From: a virus
Virus record (IMG/VR): IMGVR_UViG_3300045988_138588
Coordinates: 1-37,207 of that record
Strand: one strand, 5' to 3'
Length of the DNA: 37,207 nucleotides
Position numbers and translations under genes: made by a program. Below, piece after piece: positions 1 through 9,156 of the stretch (within the stretch, counting starts at the first letter, position 1; every line of letters starts with the position of its first letter). The notes under the pieces were generated by a model. The model was not told where the DNA came from. It ran no database searches and saw only the letters and a program-made list of their open reading frames with translations.

Positions 1-99
1 CGCATAGGTATATACCGGATATTTCGGCGTCCCGGCGTACATGGTCTTGGTCTCCATTTTCCCCGTGCCAGGGTCCTTATATACGACACTAAAAAAAGC
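1..99. repeat. 99-bp terminal redundancy, exact copy of 37109-37207 (circular assembly overlap)
   Basis: Read directly: cgcataggtatataccgg...acgacactaaaaaaagc occurs at both ends of the window. Confidence 0.95.
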
Positions 100-306
100 C
101 GGAGCGATGGCGGTGTCCAGAAGAACACCGTCTGCATCCGACATGGGGGAAAATGTGATTTCAAGTTTTGTTTTCCGGGCTATGATATCTCCGATCATAG
201 CCCCTGTAGCTCCACGGCCCGCGTTCTTTGACCAGACAGCCTCATGAGATGCAATCAACTTCTGCACTCGGGGCATTACCTTTCCGCCGATCGTAAGCAC
301 ATTCAT
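1..306 (-). CDS. Small tail-module protein (118 aa when joined across the junction), 5' part; possible distal-tail-like component
   Basis: ATG at 306-304 behind AGGAGTGA, 13 nt after the tape measure stop. 306 nt are in frame to base 1. The frame continues at 37108 and stops at 37058 (MNVLTIGGKVMPRV...VAVNLIEK). Not in the ORF track because it wraps. Confidence 0.7.
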   Translation of the reverse strand, partial: MNVLTIGGKVMPRVQKLIASHEAVWSKNAGRGATGAMIGDIIARKTKLEITFSPMSDADGVLLDTAIAPAFFSVVYKDPGTGKMETKTMYAGTPKYPVYTYA

Positions 307-319
307 TATTCATCACTCC

Positions 320-3300
320 TTACGTTCTGATCGGGCACACGCCGTTTGCGCTGGTCCGCCGGTTGACTTCCTCCACTACCACATCCGTAACCTGCTTTCC
401 GCCAACGTATACGTTGATATTCGGGCTTTCACCCTTGCTATTCTGCGCCGCATACTGGCTGAACGCAGAAACCACAGCAGAATAAACACCGGCTGCCACA
501 GACGAAACAATCTGGGTGTTGTTCATTACTGCTGTACTTCTGCCGATGCTTCCCACCAGTTCCGGACCTGCCTCACGGGCTATGAACATCTGACCAGTAG
601 AAAAGGCTCCGCCGGATGCTGCTGCCGTGATGGGTCGCCACTGACCGGAAGTGTAGAGACCGCCGGCAGCTTTCCGTCCTGGAGTCCAACTGGCTGCCGT
701 AGGATTGATTTGGAACCACAGTGTCTGTTTTGCACCATAGTTATTCCATAGATTTTGAACCTTGTTCCATAGATCACTGGAGGAATCACGAATACCAACA
801 CCAGTTGATACGCTTACTCCGCCAAGGCCGTTCCAGCCATTCACAACGGAATCTCGAAGTCCGCGAGTAGCCCCACTTCTGAGATAGGTTCCAACGGACA
901 CGACAGTGCTTTTTAAGCCATTCCAGCCGTTTACGACACTTTTTTTCAGGCCGTAGGAAGAGCCACTTTTGAGGGAGGTTCCTACAGAAACGGTAGTGTT
1001 TCCGAGTCTATCCCAGCCGTTCCACACCTCGTTGCGGAGGCCGGTGGATGAACCCGAGAGGAGCTTTGTGCCGAGCTGCACGGTCGTATTCCCGAGGCTG
1101 TTCCAGCCGTTGAGGATATCTTTTTTTAAACTGGAAGCAGGGGTAACTATTTTAGCCTTGACACTGATTGTAAAATCTCTTCCACCGCCTCCAAAGCTTC
1201 CGCCACTTGCAGAGTCATGCTCCGTTGTTTTTCCATCCAGGGTATCTAAAAAATTTTTTCTGTATTGTTTCCCTTCTTCCAGGAACGACTGTTTTAAATT
1301 CTTTGAAGCTTCATTAAAAGCAATTTTTACTCCTTCAGATATCGTGTCTGCCTTAATTGCTTTTGCTATTCCTTCTGCTCCAATAGCATCTATTCCCACA
1401 GCAACAATTCCCGCTATCGCCAAACCCAATGGTGATAGAACAGCACCACTAAGACCGCTCAAAGCCGTGGCAAGAGCCGTTGAAATTGAAACCGCGCCAG
1501 CATGTAGTGCCGCAGTTGTTACTACCTTAAAAAGTAAAATTGCTCCGAGATCAACAATAATATCTGGTTTCTTCTTCGCCACTTCTATTGCCGCCGTAAT
1601 AGCTCCTTTGATGACCTCCCAAACAATCTGGCCGATTTTACTTAAAGCACTATTCCAGTCAATGTTAGCAATAAAGTTTCCGATGCTCTGTCCCACTTTC
1701 TGCCAGTTTGTGTCCCTTAAGGCCCACAACAATGTGTCTAGAATACCGTTGACGGCTTTTGAAAAAGTAAGGCCTGCTTCTGGCCAGTTCATTTTTCCAA
1801 AATAGCTGTTAATCCCCGCTGCAATACTCTTTCCCCAACCCTTGAAGTCAATAGTCCCGATGAACGCATACGCCCCGGAAATCACAGTGTTTACAGCTCC
1901 TGCCGCGGATTTCCCGATCAAAGAAAAGGTATCTGTCGTCATGATGCTATTCAGTGCTGTAGCAATGCCTTTTCCGAGACTGGCCGCTCCGGTGTTGGCC
2001 TGAGTCCACTTAATGCCCGTCAGTGCATTTTTGACAGCCGTTTTTACTGCTTCTCCTGCCGCCTTGAAATCAAATGCTTCAGCCCATGTGGCTTTCGCCG
2101 TGATCACTCCATTTACACCATCTCTGACCGCCGTTCCGATGCCCTTCCAGTCTGCTTTTTTGACAAAACTATTCATCGAATCAGCAACAAACTGTCCGAC
2201 GCTGTCCCAGTGCAAGTTTTTCATGAACGAATCCGCACCAGCTACACCGGTATTCAGTGCTTGTGCCACCGTGTTTCCCACGGCACCTGCAAGGCCGGAG
2301 ACTTCCACTGCCCCATTGATGAACGTTGCAAGGGATTTTCCAACCTTCTGAGCTGTTTCTTTGATCTTGTCCCAGGGAATACTGTTCAGTGCATCCCGGA
2401 TCTTTGTTCCGAATATACCGCCAAGTTCTGTAAAATCTGCTTTTGCCCAGGCTTCCTTGATCTGCTTTGCGAAATCAGCATAGGCATTTTCTACCGGAAC
2501 CATGTCAAAAGAGCCGGCTGAACCACCGCCGCCACTTCCGCCAGAGCCGCCGGATCCGGAATCATCGTCCAGCTTGTTGATTTCGTCGAAGCCCATCAGG
2601 GTATTTTTCAGCGCTTTGGCGGAATTATTAGCCTTGTCAGCTGATTTACTCAGTCCTGCCGCAAAGTCCTGGTTGCCTTTCACTGCTTTGTAATACGTTC
2701 CTTGACCAGTCAGTGCCGCAAACAACTGACCAATGGCATTGATCGCATTCACGCAGTAGTTGATGAGAGTATCCAGTGCAGGTGCAATAGCACTGAGTAT
2801 TGGCGAAAACGCAGATGCCAGGCTGTTTTTCAACAGATTCAGACTGTTCATCAACGATGACAGTTCGGTGTTGGTACTGCTTGAGTATTTCGCAAGGTTC
2901 TTAATGCCATCTGCTGCGCCCCTCACGGAGTTACTGATAAGGAATGACGCCAACATAAATTTAGCTGTTATTCCAAGTGTTTTAAATGCTCCGCCAAGAC
3001 CACCTGCTGCATTTTTTGTCCGGCTAAATACCGGAATTCCGTTTCTGAATCGTTGGATCAGTGATGCGAACGCTCCACCGGCAGTTTTGATTCCAGCTGT
3101 GACCTGTCCCAGGGTAGATTTCATGCCGGCAAAGGACTTTGACAGAATCCCTGTTGCAGCATTTTTCCACTGTCCAGACAGCTTTACATCACTTCCAGAC
3201 CTTTCCATACTGGCTTTTTCAGCATTATATTCCCTCAGCCGCTTCGTAGCGTCCTGGATTGCCAGCTCATTCTTCCGGAATGCTTCGGATTCCTCCAGGT

Positions 3301-4069
3301 TAGAGCCGTCCAGCAACATCGAAGAACGCAGGTCCTTATATTCCTGGAGTTTTTTCTCTGTCCTGGTAATTTCCCTAGTCAAATCCCGGTAAGCATCCGT
3401 CTGTCTGGATGCTCCTCCGGTGTCCTGTAAATCTTTAAGTTCACCTTTGAGGTAGGAAATCTCTTTCTCTGTCTCCTCAATATTGGCTCGTAAGCCTTCC
3501 ATACCTACACCACCGTTGACTCCCAGGCCTTTCCACTCTTCCATCTGAGCTTTCAGAGAAGAAAGCCGGCTCTGTGCCTCAGCCATCTGGTTTGTGACGG
3601 CTGTATAATCCTCTGTAGGAACGGTATCTTTCCCCGCCTGCTCCATCTTCACTTTCTGACTGTTCAATTTTTCCAGTGCTGATGAATTTTTTTGGATATT
3701 CTTTTCCAGATCCTTAAATTCCTGCGTTGGAACGAACTCTTTTCCTTCCATGCCGGCCATTTTGCCCTGGAGCTTATCCAGTTCTTTTTCTGTATCGGAA
3801 ATATCCTTGCAGACTTTCTTGTAATCGTCGGTATACACCTTCATTCCTGCAGCGATCTGCATCTGCTTCATCATATCCCGGATACCGCGGGTAATCTCCC
3901 GTGCAGGATTGCTCTTCATGCCAGCAAAAGGACTGGAAATCTTTTTCAGCTCTGCATTGATCCCGTTGGTCATTCGTCTGGTTTCCTGCATGGCTTCCCG
4001 AGTCGCCTGGGTGAGTTTTGAAGAATTTCCCTCAATGACCACCTGCAATTTGTGTAATGTTTCGCTCAC
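320..4069 (-). CDS. Tail tape measure protein
   Basis: 1249-aa ORF with GTG start behind AAGGAGGTG. Follows the G/GT chaperone pair. Coiled-coil N half, hydrophobic Gly/Ala-rich middle, GSGGSGGSGGGG linker and C-terminal tandem repeats. Confidence 0.9.
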   Translation of the reverse strand: MSETLHKLQVVIEGNSSKLTQATREAMQETRRMTNGINAELKKISSPFAGMKSNPAREITRGIRDMMKQMQIAAGMKVYTDDYKKVCKDISDTEKELDKLQGKMAGMEGKEFVPTQEFKDLEKNIQKNSSALEKLNSQKVKMEQAGKDTVPTEDYTAVTNQMAEAQSRLSSLKAQMEEWKGLGVNGGVGMEGLRANIEETEKEISYLKGELKDLQDTGGASRQTDAYRDLTREITRTEKKLQEYKDLRSSMLLDGSNLEESEAFRKNELAIQDATKRLREYNAEKASMERSGSDVKLSGQWKNAATGILSKSFAGMKSTLGQVTAGIKTAGGAFASLIQRFRNGIPVFSRTKNAAGGLGGAFKTLGITAKFMLASFLISNSVRGAADGIKNLAKYSSSTNTELSSLMNSLNLLKNSLASAFSPILSAIAPALDTLINYCVNAINAIGQLFAALTGQGTYYKAVKGNQDFAAGLSKSADKANNSAKALKNTLMGFDEINKLDDDSGSGGSGGSGGGGSAGSFDMVPVENAYADFAKQIKEAWAKADFTELGGIFGTKIRDALNSIPWDKIKETAQKVGKSLATFINGAVEVSGLAGAVGNTVAQALNTGVAGADSFMKNLHWDSVGQFVADSMNSFVKKADWKGIGTAVRDGVNGVITAKATWAEAFDFKAAGEAVKTAVKNALTGIKWTQANTGAASLGKGIATALNSIMTTDTFSLIGKSAAGAVNTVISGAYAFIGTIDFKGWGKSIAAGINSYFGKMNWPEAGLTFSKAVNGILDTLLWALRDTNWQKVGQSIGNFIANIDWNSALSKIGQIVWEVIKGAITAAIEVAKKKPDIIVDLGAILLFKVVTTAALHAGAVSISTALATALSGLSGAVLSPLGLAIAGIVAVGIDAIGAEGIAKAIKADTISEGVKIAFNEASKNLKQSFLEEGKQYRKNFLDTLDGKTTEHDSASGGSFGGGGRDFTISVKAKIVTPASSLKKDILNGWNSLGNTTVQLGTKLLSGSSTGLRNEVWNGWDRLGNTTVSVGTSLKSGSSYGLKKSVVNGWNGLKSTVVSVGTYLRSGATRGLRDSVVNGWNGLGGVSVSTGVGIRDSSSDLWNKVQNLWNNYGAKQTLWFQINPTAASWTPGRKAAGGLYTSGQWRPITAAASGGAFSTGQMFIAREAGPELVGSIGRSTAVMNNTQIVSSVAAGVYSAVVSAFSQYAAQNSKGESPNINVYVGGKQVTDVVVEEVNRRTSANGVCPIRT
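775..1150 (-). repeat. Tandem ~29-aa repeats (NGWN.LG...V.VGT.L.SGS..GL) in the tape measure C-terminal region
   Basis: Four to five copies in the translation. The DNA motif ttccagccgtt recurs about every 87-90 nt. Boundaries are approximate. Confidence 0.7.
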
Positions 4070-4093
4070 TGTCCCACCTCCTTTCTTTCCTGC

Positions 4094-4528
4094 TTATTCC
4101 TGCCCGTGCTGGCGTTTCCACTCCGCTGCATAGGCTCTGATCTTCTCCCGTCGTTCTTCCATTTCAGCCACTTCCGCGGCCTTTTCGTATGCGGCCTTTT
4201 CATCCGCAAAAAGTGCCGGATAAAAGTCCCACGGTGCCCGGGCCTTGTTGTCCTTATTGAGGTACACTCCAATTCGTTCCGCCGTGCTCTGTGCCAAAAC
4301 GAAAGCAATAGAGAGTTTCTCCTTCAACTGTTTTTCCTGCCGCCGGTAGAAGCTCTCCATTTCGTCACATATCTCTGCCAGGGACAGTCCCCAGAAGCGC
4401 TCGACCGTTATTCCACAATCAAGTGCCCTGGGGTATAAGTCCCAGATCTGTTCAAGAGGCGTCAGGACAAGCTGTCGCTCTCGCTCAGCTGCTTCTCCAC
4501 TTTCTCTGCTTCTTTCTCCGTAAAAAAA
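4094..4528 (-). CDS. gpT-like extension, expressed as a G-T fusion by -1 frameshift
   Basis: The -1 frame is open from the slip site to 4094 (..FFYGERSRESGEAAERE..) and has no convincing start of its own. Confidence 0.75.
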   Translation of the reverse strand, partial: FFYGERSRESGEAAERERQLVLTPLEQIWDLYPRALDCGITVERFWGLSLAEICDEMESFYRRQEKQLKEKLSIAFVLAQSTAERIGVYLNKDNKARAPWDFYPALFADEKAAYEKAAEVAEMEERREKIRAYAAEWKRQHGQE

Positions 4529-4926
4529 CCGGATACCAGCAGAGTGGGTAAAATCACATCCTGAAGCATGCGGGACTGGCTGCCGCCTTCTTCCAGCCAA
4601 GATTCATAGATCTGTGATACCTTATCAGTGTTGCATCCATGCTCCCAGGGAGCGATTGCTGCCTGTGCTACGGTCAGCATCACGGACAGCGGCGGGATTT
4701 CATCGGTCATAACCAGATTCATGACATTCGTTCCATATTTGCTCTCCAGTTTGGCAATCATACCGGTGTTGAGCTTCATCTTGTGCTCTACACCAGAAAC
4801 CTCCCAGATGTGGAAGGGTTTTCTTTTCTTTTTTGCTTCCTCCAGCGTGGTAACTTTGGAATCATTTTCTTTTTCTGTGGCCTCGACTGCTTCATCGAGA
4901 CCCAGGGTCATATTCTTTTTCTGCAT
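4462..4926 (-). CDS. Tail assembly chaperone (gpG-like)
   Basis: 154-aa ORF between the major tail and tape measure genes, with a slippery U7 run near its 3' end. Confidence 0.8.
   Translation of the reverse strand: MQKKNMTLGLDEAVEATEKENDSKVTTLEEAKKKRKPFHIWEVSGVEHKMKLNTGMIAKLESKYGTNVMNLVMTDEIPPLSVMLTVAQAAIAPWEHGCNTDKVSQIYESWLEEGGSQSRMLQDVILPTLLVSGFFTEKEAEKVEKQLSESDSLS
4522..4528 (-). promoter_or_regulatory. Programmed -1 frameshift slippery heptamer U UUU UUU
   Basis: A7 on the plus strand. Zero-frame codons are GGT TTT TTT ACG, in phase with the G ORF (codon start 4530). Confidence 0.75.
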
Positions 4927-4939
4927 GTATTATCCCTCC

Positions 4940-5356
4940 TCAGGCTGCCGGATCAGTTACGGTAGGAGCTCCCTGGAGGATCATAGTCACCTCAAACTCA
5001 ATAACTCCATTCACGCCGCCACCAGTTCTCTTGACAGACACCTGTGCTGAAAAATCGGTCTTTGTGCCGTCTTTCAGTGTCTCCTCAAAAAATCCTACTT
5101 CCTTGCTATCGGACAGGGCTTTCAGAGTGCGGTAGGGAGTGTCTGTTTTTGAATTGTCGTATTTGAATTTGTACTTCACATCTCCAAGTTCTCCGATACC
5201 CATTTCATACTGTTTGTAGGCATCCGTGAGACAGGTGTTATCTACCTTCTCCGGATCACTGCCCCAGTCCGGGATTTCTTTCAGACCCGGAAGATCCGTA
5301 TATGAAGCAGTTCCTTTTTCAGCTTTATAACCAAGTTTTGCGCCATTCGCTAACAT
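4940..5356 (-). CDS. Major tail protein
   Basis: 138 aa, immediately upstream of the chaperones, with a beta-rich sequence typical of small siphovirus tail tube proteins. Confidence 0.7.
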   Translation of the reverse strand: MLANGAKLGYKAEKGTASYTDLPGLKEIPDWGSDPEKVDNTCLTDAYKQYEMGIGELGDVKYKFKYDNSKTDTPYRTLKALSDSKEVGFFEETLKDGTKTDFSAQVSVKRTGGGVNGVIEFEVTMILQGAPTVTDPAA

Positions 5357-5374
5357 ATATCATTGCTCCTTTCA

Positions 5375-5731
5375 TCAATTTGGCCAGTATACATCATCCG
5401 TGAATACGTCGATGATGGCCTCATATCTCATTACTTTGTGTTTATATTTTCCGGGCTCCGGGGCGTCCTGGCACAGGATCCGCACCAGTCCAATACCTGC
5501 AAGTGCTTCATCAACCTTTAAAGCGGATTCAGACGTGGAATGATCATCCCAGATATCCACCCGGTACCGGACGTAGGCTTTTTCTTCCTTATCGGTTCTC
5601 TCATAAACCTTGTTATCTTCCTCGATATACTCAACAGCCGGAAGCGTTGCCCAGTCGGTCGGGTACTGATCCGTGACATTCTCGAATACTTCAGCCAGCG
5701 CCGCATAGACCTGGTCTTTCACATTTTTCAT
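5375..5731 (-). CDS. Tail terminator / tail completion-like protein
   Basis: 118 aa; called from its position between the gp10-like protein and the major tail protein. Confidence 0.45.
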   Translation of the reverse strand: MKNVKDQVYAALAEVFENVTDQYPTDWATLPAVEYIEEDNKVYERTDKEEKAYVRYRVDIWDDHSTSESALKVDEALAGIGLVRILCQDAPEPGKYKHKVMRYEAIIDVFTDDVYWPN

Positions 5732-6225
5732 TTCTTCTTTTTCACCGCCTCTTCAAAGATTCTTTCTATCTCCTGCTCGTTATTCTTTAACGCCGGGTAC
5801 ATGTACGGCTGTGCCGCCTGGCCGGAGCAACGGTAGAAACGACCGTCCGGTGTGTCAATGCATGGCCAGCCGTACCGCTCTGCCGTCTCTCGCCCAACCT
5901 GACTTTCGTGGATCCACCAGGGAGACTGACTGTAGGAAACGGCCACATCCGGGGAAATTCCCTCGTGGTTTGCCTGTCCTTTTGGGCCGGTACCAAATTC
6001 CACATACGCCGCATAACTCTTGTTTGTGTAGCATGTTCCCCGGATGCTTCCATCACTGTTTTCCACAGTGGTGTAAATACTGTCTCTCAGTTCCCCGTCA
6101 TGCACCGGGCACAGGCTTTTCGCTTCTGCCTGCACAGTTTTGATTCCCCTTGCAACAGCACCATAAAGATCTGTCTGGCTCAGCTTCCCCAAAGAATCCA
6201 GAAGCTTTTTTTCACCAAGAATCAT
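5728..6225 (-). CDS. HK97 gp10-like head-tail joining protein
   Basis: 165 aa with ..YAAYVEFGTGPKG.. typical of the HK97 gp10 family; ATGA-type overlaps with its neighbours. Confidence 0.65.
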   Translation of the reverse strand: MILGEKKLLDSLGKLSQTDLYGAVARGIKTVQAEAKSLCPVHDGELRDSIYTTVENSDGSIRGTCYTNKSYAAYVEFGTGPKGQANHEGISPDVAVSYSQSPWWIHESQVGRETAERYGWPCIDTPDGRFYRCSGQAAQPYMYPALKNNEQEIERIFEEAVKKKK

Positions 6226-6587
6226 ATCTTCTCCACCTCCAGCGTCAAAAACCGGTATGGATAGATTGCTACGACCTTGTAATCTGGTGCATCCCCGTTG
6301 ATGCAGATTCCATCATTGACGGTTATCGTCGGGCCATCTGTAACCTCATAGGACACTTTTCCCGTCTTCCCAGGTACTTCCCGGTATGTTCCCTCAAGGC
6401 GAAGATTCCGGATATTCGGCAGGCGGGAGCCATACATTTCTGACTGTAACCTTCCACCAGCTGCCCACATTTCGGCATAAAAAGAAGAAGGCGAACCATA
6501 CTCCGTGTATGTTCCACCTTCCTTATCTTTTTTCTGCTCCATGCGGCAGTGCTTATACTCCGCCAGCCTACTCCGTCTGAGTCTCAT
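6222..6587 (-). CDS. Head closure / head-tail adaptor protein
   Basis: Size and position are as for SPP1 gp16-like proteins. The start is uncertain (6587 or 6596). Confidence 0.5.
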   Translation of the reverse strand: MRLRRSRLAEYKHCRMEQKKDKEGGTYTEYGSPSSFYAEMWAAGGRLQSEMYGSRLPNIRNLRLEGTYREVPGKTGKVSYEVTDGPTITVNDGICINGDAPDYKVVAIYPYRFLTLEVEKI

Positions 6588-6882
6588 GTGCCACACCTCC
6601 CACCCGGGCTAGCCGGTATCGGTTCAGAACATCATAAATCTGCCGTGGAGCATCACTGAAAGTATAACTTTCTCCGGATCCTGTCCGGGCAGCTTCCCCT
6701 TCAGTTCCCATCCGGTTCAGTGCGATCACTGCAAGATCACGGACGGTTTTGTCCAGACCGGAAACCAGCCGGGTGCGGTTCGTGTATGCCAGCACCCAGG
6801 CGGTAGCGTCCTCCACCAGGATCTGCAGGAGTTCATCATCCTTTTCACCGGTCAGCTTTTTGAGTTTTTCGAGCTCTGTCAT
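6568..6882 (-). CDS. gp6-like head-tail connector protein
   Basis: MTELEKLKKLTG..DDELLQILVEDATAWVLAYTNR.. resembles phage gp6-like connector proteins. ATG at 6882 is preferred over the upstream M. Confidence 0.55.
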   Translation of the reverse strand: MTELEKLKKLTGEKDDELLQILVEDATAWVLAYTNRTRLVSGLDKTVRDLAVIALNRMGTEGEAARTGSGESYTFSDAPRQIYDVLNRYRLARVGGVAHETQTE

Positions 6883-6993
6883 TCGAATCACTTTCCTTTT
6901 TCGGATCCATTTCCACAAATCCTTCAGATTTCAGTTTCTGAATTTCCATCTCAGACTCGGCGATGCGTTCCACATTATCCTTAATCAGTCTCA
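6844..6993 (-). CDS. Small hypothetical protein (49 aa) after the capsid gene
   Basis: ATG at 6993 behind AGGAGGTAACAC; below the ORF-track size cutoff; overlaps the next gene start. Confidence 0.4.
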
Positions 6994-7009
6994 TGTGTTA
7001 CCTCCTGAA

Positions 7010-7942
7010 TTACTCTTTTGTATCTTTGATGTTCAGGAAAATGGAATCCAGTTTATTGTCCAGAACCCACAGGTCATGGAATCGGCGATAATCCATCTGC
7101 CAGGCATTGAGGCTCTGATTGATATTCGGGTCGAAGATTCTCATTACATCCTGTTTGGTCACTGCAATCGGAGTTGTTCTCGGGCAGATAAAAAAGTTAA
7201 TATCTTTTGCCGTGTTTCCTTTCGCATAACCGCCAGCTTCCTGCGAAGAGTTTTTACCATCATGCAGAGTAATAACAGTATACATGCGGTTAGAAGGAGT
7301 TGAAATAATCGGAACACCATCCACAGCCGGAACATTGGTGTTAATACCACCCCGAGCGAAAGTCACAGCCGTGATTTTTCCCGCGAGCTCCAGCTCCAGC
7401 TCCATAATGAAATCAGGAGTTGCATGGCATACCAGCGGACCATTATACAGGCTTCTGATTGCCTTGATACCCTCTTTGAGCTTCCGAAGAGCGGAAGTGC
7501 TGGCTGCTCCAGGTGCGTAGCCATACTCGACCATTCCAGCTTTGTTTGCAGTAATGGTTTCAGAAGCGATTTTGGAGATACGGTATGCATCAATCTCCGG
7601 AATCACATGGACTCTCTGAAATTCTGCCATCACAGCGGCAGCTGTGGGGATAAAGTTGCTTTCATTGATATCCATCGGATCCAGCTGAAATTTACGACCT
7701 CTATCCTGGGTCATTTTTCTGGTTTCGTAACTCAGAGTAACGCCGCCCTGTACATATCCTGTATCACGGTCATAGTCTCCAAGCCCCTGGACAGACATTT
7801 TCGGAATCTTTACCTCATCGCCCCCATTGTAAATTACCTGTCCGGAGTTTGCATCCATCCAGCCAGTCACAGCATCCTGGACAGCGATTTTGTCTAACTG
7901 CTGCATAAAGAGTGTAGCAGCTGCAAGAGTGTTAATTGCCAT
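7010..7942 (-). CDS. Major capsid protein
   Basis: 310 aa directly after the scaffold gene; the only capsid-sized ORF in the head module. Confidence 0.75.
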   Translation of the reverse strand: MAINTLAAATLFMQQLDKIAVQDAVTGWMDANSGQVIYNGGDEVKIPKMSVQGLGDYDRDTGYVQGGVTLSYETRKMTQDRGRKFQLDPMDINESNFIPTAAAVMAEFQRVHVIPEIDAYRISKIASETITANKAGMVEYGYAPGAASTSALRKLKEGIKAIRSLYNGPLVCHATPDFIMELELELAGKITAVTFARGGINTNVPAVDGVPIISTPSNRMYTVITLHDGKNSSQEAGGYAKGNTAKDINFFICPRTTPIAVTKQDVMRIFDPNINQSLNAWQMDYRRFHDLWVLDNKLDSIFLNIKDTKE

Positions 7943-7958
7943 TGTTTATCATCCTTTC

Positions 7959-8591
7959 TCAATAAATTCTACGCATTGCTTCCTCGATCTGCTTTTCCAG
8001 ATCATCATTGTTTTCCGGTGCTTTCTTCGGAGGTTTTCCACCTTTCAGCCTATCCTGTACGGCTGTTTCCACGGCTTCCTGGAAGGCTTTCTCCACAGCA
8101 CTAATGGACTTACTACAGGAATCCGCATCTGCATAATTCAATACATCCGCCAGGCCCGCCGGCAGTTTCTTTTCCACCAAGGTGTTCTTAGCTTCGGCCA
8201 TCAGTTCTTTGCGGGTGATTTCCGCTTCGCGATTGATCAGCTCTTTTTCTTTCTTCTGCTGAAGATACTGAGCCTTCTCTTCTTTTGTCATTTTTGCCAG
8301 CTTCTCGGCTTCGGAAAGGTTTTCGTCTGCCAAAGCCTGCCATTTCTGCTGTGCCTTTGTAACTGCTGTATTTACAGCTTTCTGCACACGGCGGTCAAAC
8401 TCTGCCTGATTTCCGTCACCTTTCAGAAAGTCATCAAAGGATACCGGTTTAGGATCTGTTCCGCCGGAGGTATCCATTCCGGATCCGCCACCATTGCCGT
8501 CTTCGGCCCCAGCACCGTCTCCATTTTCTCCACCTTCAGCAAATATCTGCAATTTCATCGGAATCATGCATCTCATATACTTATTTCTCAT
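7959..8591 (-). CDS. Scaffolding protein (DUF4355-like)
   Basis: N-terminal ..MKLQIFAEGG.. motif and a K/E-rich coiled coil. The start is ambiguous (8591, 8567 or 8558). Confidence 0.65.
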   Translation of the reverse strand: MRNKYMRCMIPMKLQIFAEGGENGDGAGAEDGNGGGSGMDTSGGTDPKPVSFDDFLKGDGNQAEFDRRVQKAVNTAVTKAQQKWQALADENLSEAEKLAKMTKEEKAQYLQQKKEKELINREAEITRKELMAEAKNTLVEKKLPAGLADVLNYADADSCSKSISAVEKAFQEAVETAVQDRLKGGKPPKKAPENNDDLEKQIEEAMRRIY

Positions 8592-8697
8592 GTTGCTTGT
8601 CCTTTCTGCCCAGCCTATACGCATCTGCGCCCGGGCCATTCAGTTTGAGGTTTCACCCCACTTCTTTAACGTCTGGTGGAAAAAGACGCAAAAATAA

Positions 8698-8715
8698 GAC
8701 GCTTCACCCCGCGTC
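8698..8715 (-). terminator. Intrinsic terminator-like hairpin GACGC-N8-GCGTC followed by a U-tract
   Basis: The minus strand reads GACGCGGGGTGAAGCGTCTTATTTTTG. Confidence 0.5.
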
Positions 8716-8896
8716 ACAAAGGGAGATGATCCGGATCACCGTTCCTTTCCGCATTTTGCGCACTGATGTACATACTTCCGTTCCGTGTGAATATAATGTT
8801 TCCGGAATTTATGCCGGCAGCATCTCTGCCGGATCCAGGTGTAAATCTTCTCAACCAGCATCGTCTCACCTTCTTTCTCTTAAAAATGGGTATAAA

Positions 8897-8926
8897 AATA
8901 CCACCAGTCACATAACCAGTGGTATT
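8897..8926 (-). terminator. Hairpin plus U-rich tract just after the 76-aa gene
   Basis: AATACCAC...GTGGTATT 8-bp stem followed by TTTTATACCCATTTTT on the minus strand. Confidence 0.45.
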
Positions 8927-9156
8927 TACATCTCTATATTCTGGATTTTATCAACTATTTCTTTAAGACATTTTCCATCAAAAAATGCCGTATTCATAAC
9001 TTCATCAACTGATTTTGTGGTCATTGTATCATCTCCACACCACATATCAAACTGATCTGGTGCCAGCGGGTCCACGCCACAAGACTTTCCTTCAAAGTCA
9101 AAAGTCAAATGTGAACATAAGCTTGTGATATAGTCTCTAATCTCATCTACGCTCAT
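8926..9156 (-). CDS. Hypothetical 76-aa protein (AT-rich insert in the head module)
   Basis: Its start overlaps the gp7-like stop; lower GC than its neighbours; followed by two hairpins. Confidence 0.6.
   Translation of the reverse strand: MSVDEIRDYITSLCSHLTFDFEGKSCGVDPLAPDQFDMWCGDDTMTTKSVDEVMNTAFFDGKCLKEIVDKIQNIEM

Noticed and set aside
41-247. 68-aa plus-strand ORF at the window start (and its twin at 37003-37200)
   Set aside because: It is antisense to the well-supported junction-spanning tail gene and has no RBS. It is a by-product of the opposite-strand coding sequence.
969-4133. Many 60-280-aa plus-strand ORFs and a nested minus-strand ORF (580-801) inside the tape measure gene
   Set aside because: All overlap the 1249-aa tape measure ORF. 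They are low-complexity Ser/Pro/Phe-rich translations typical of antisense frames.
8714-8911. 65-aa basic minus-strand ORF in the gp7-scaffold gap
   Set aside because: Its GTG start lies inside a terminator hairpin, it has no RBS, and its composition is arbitrary.
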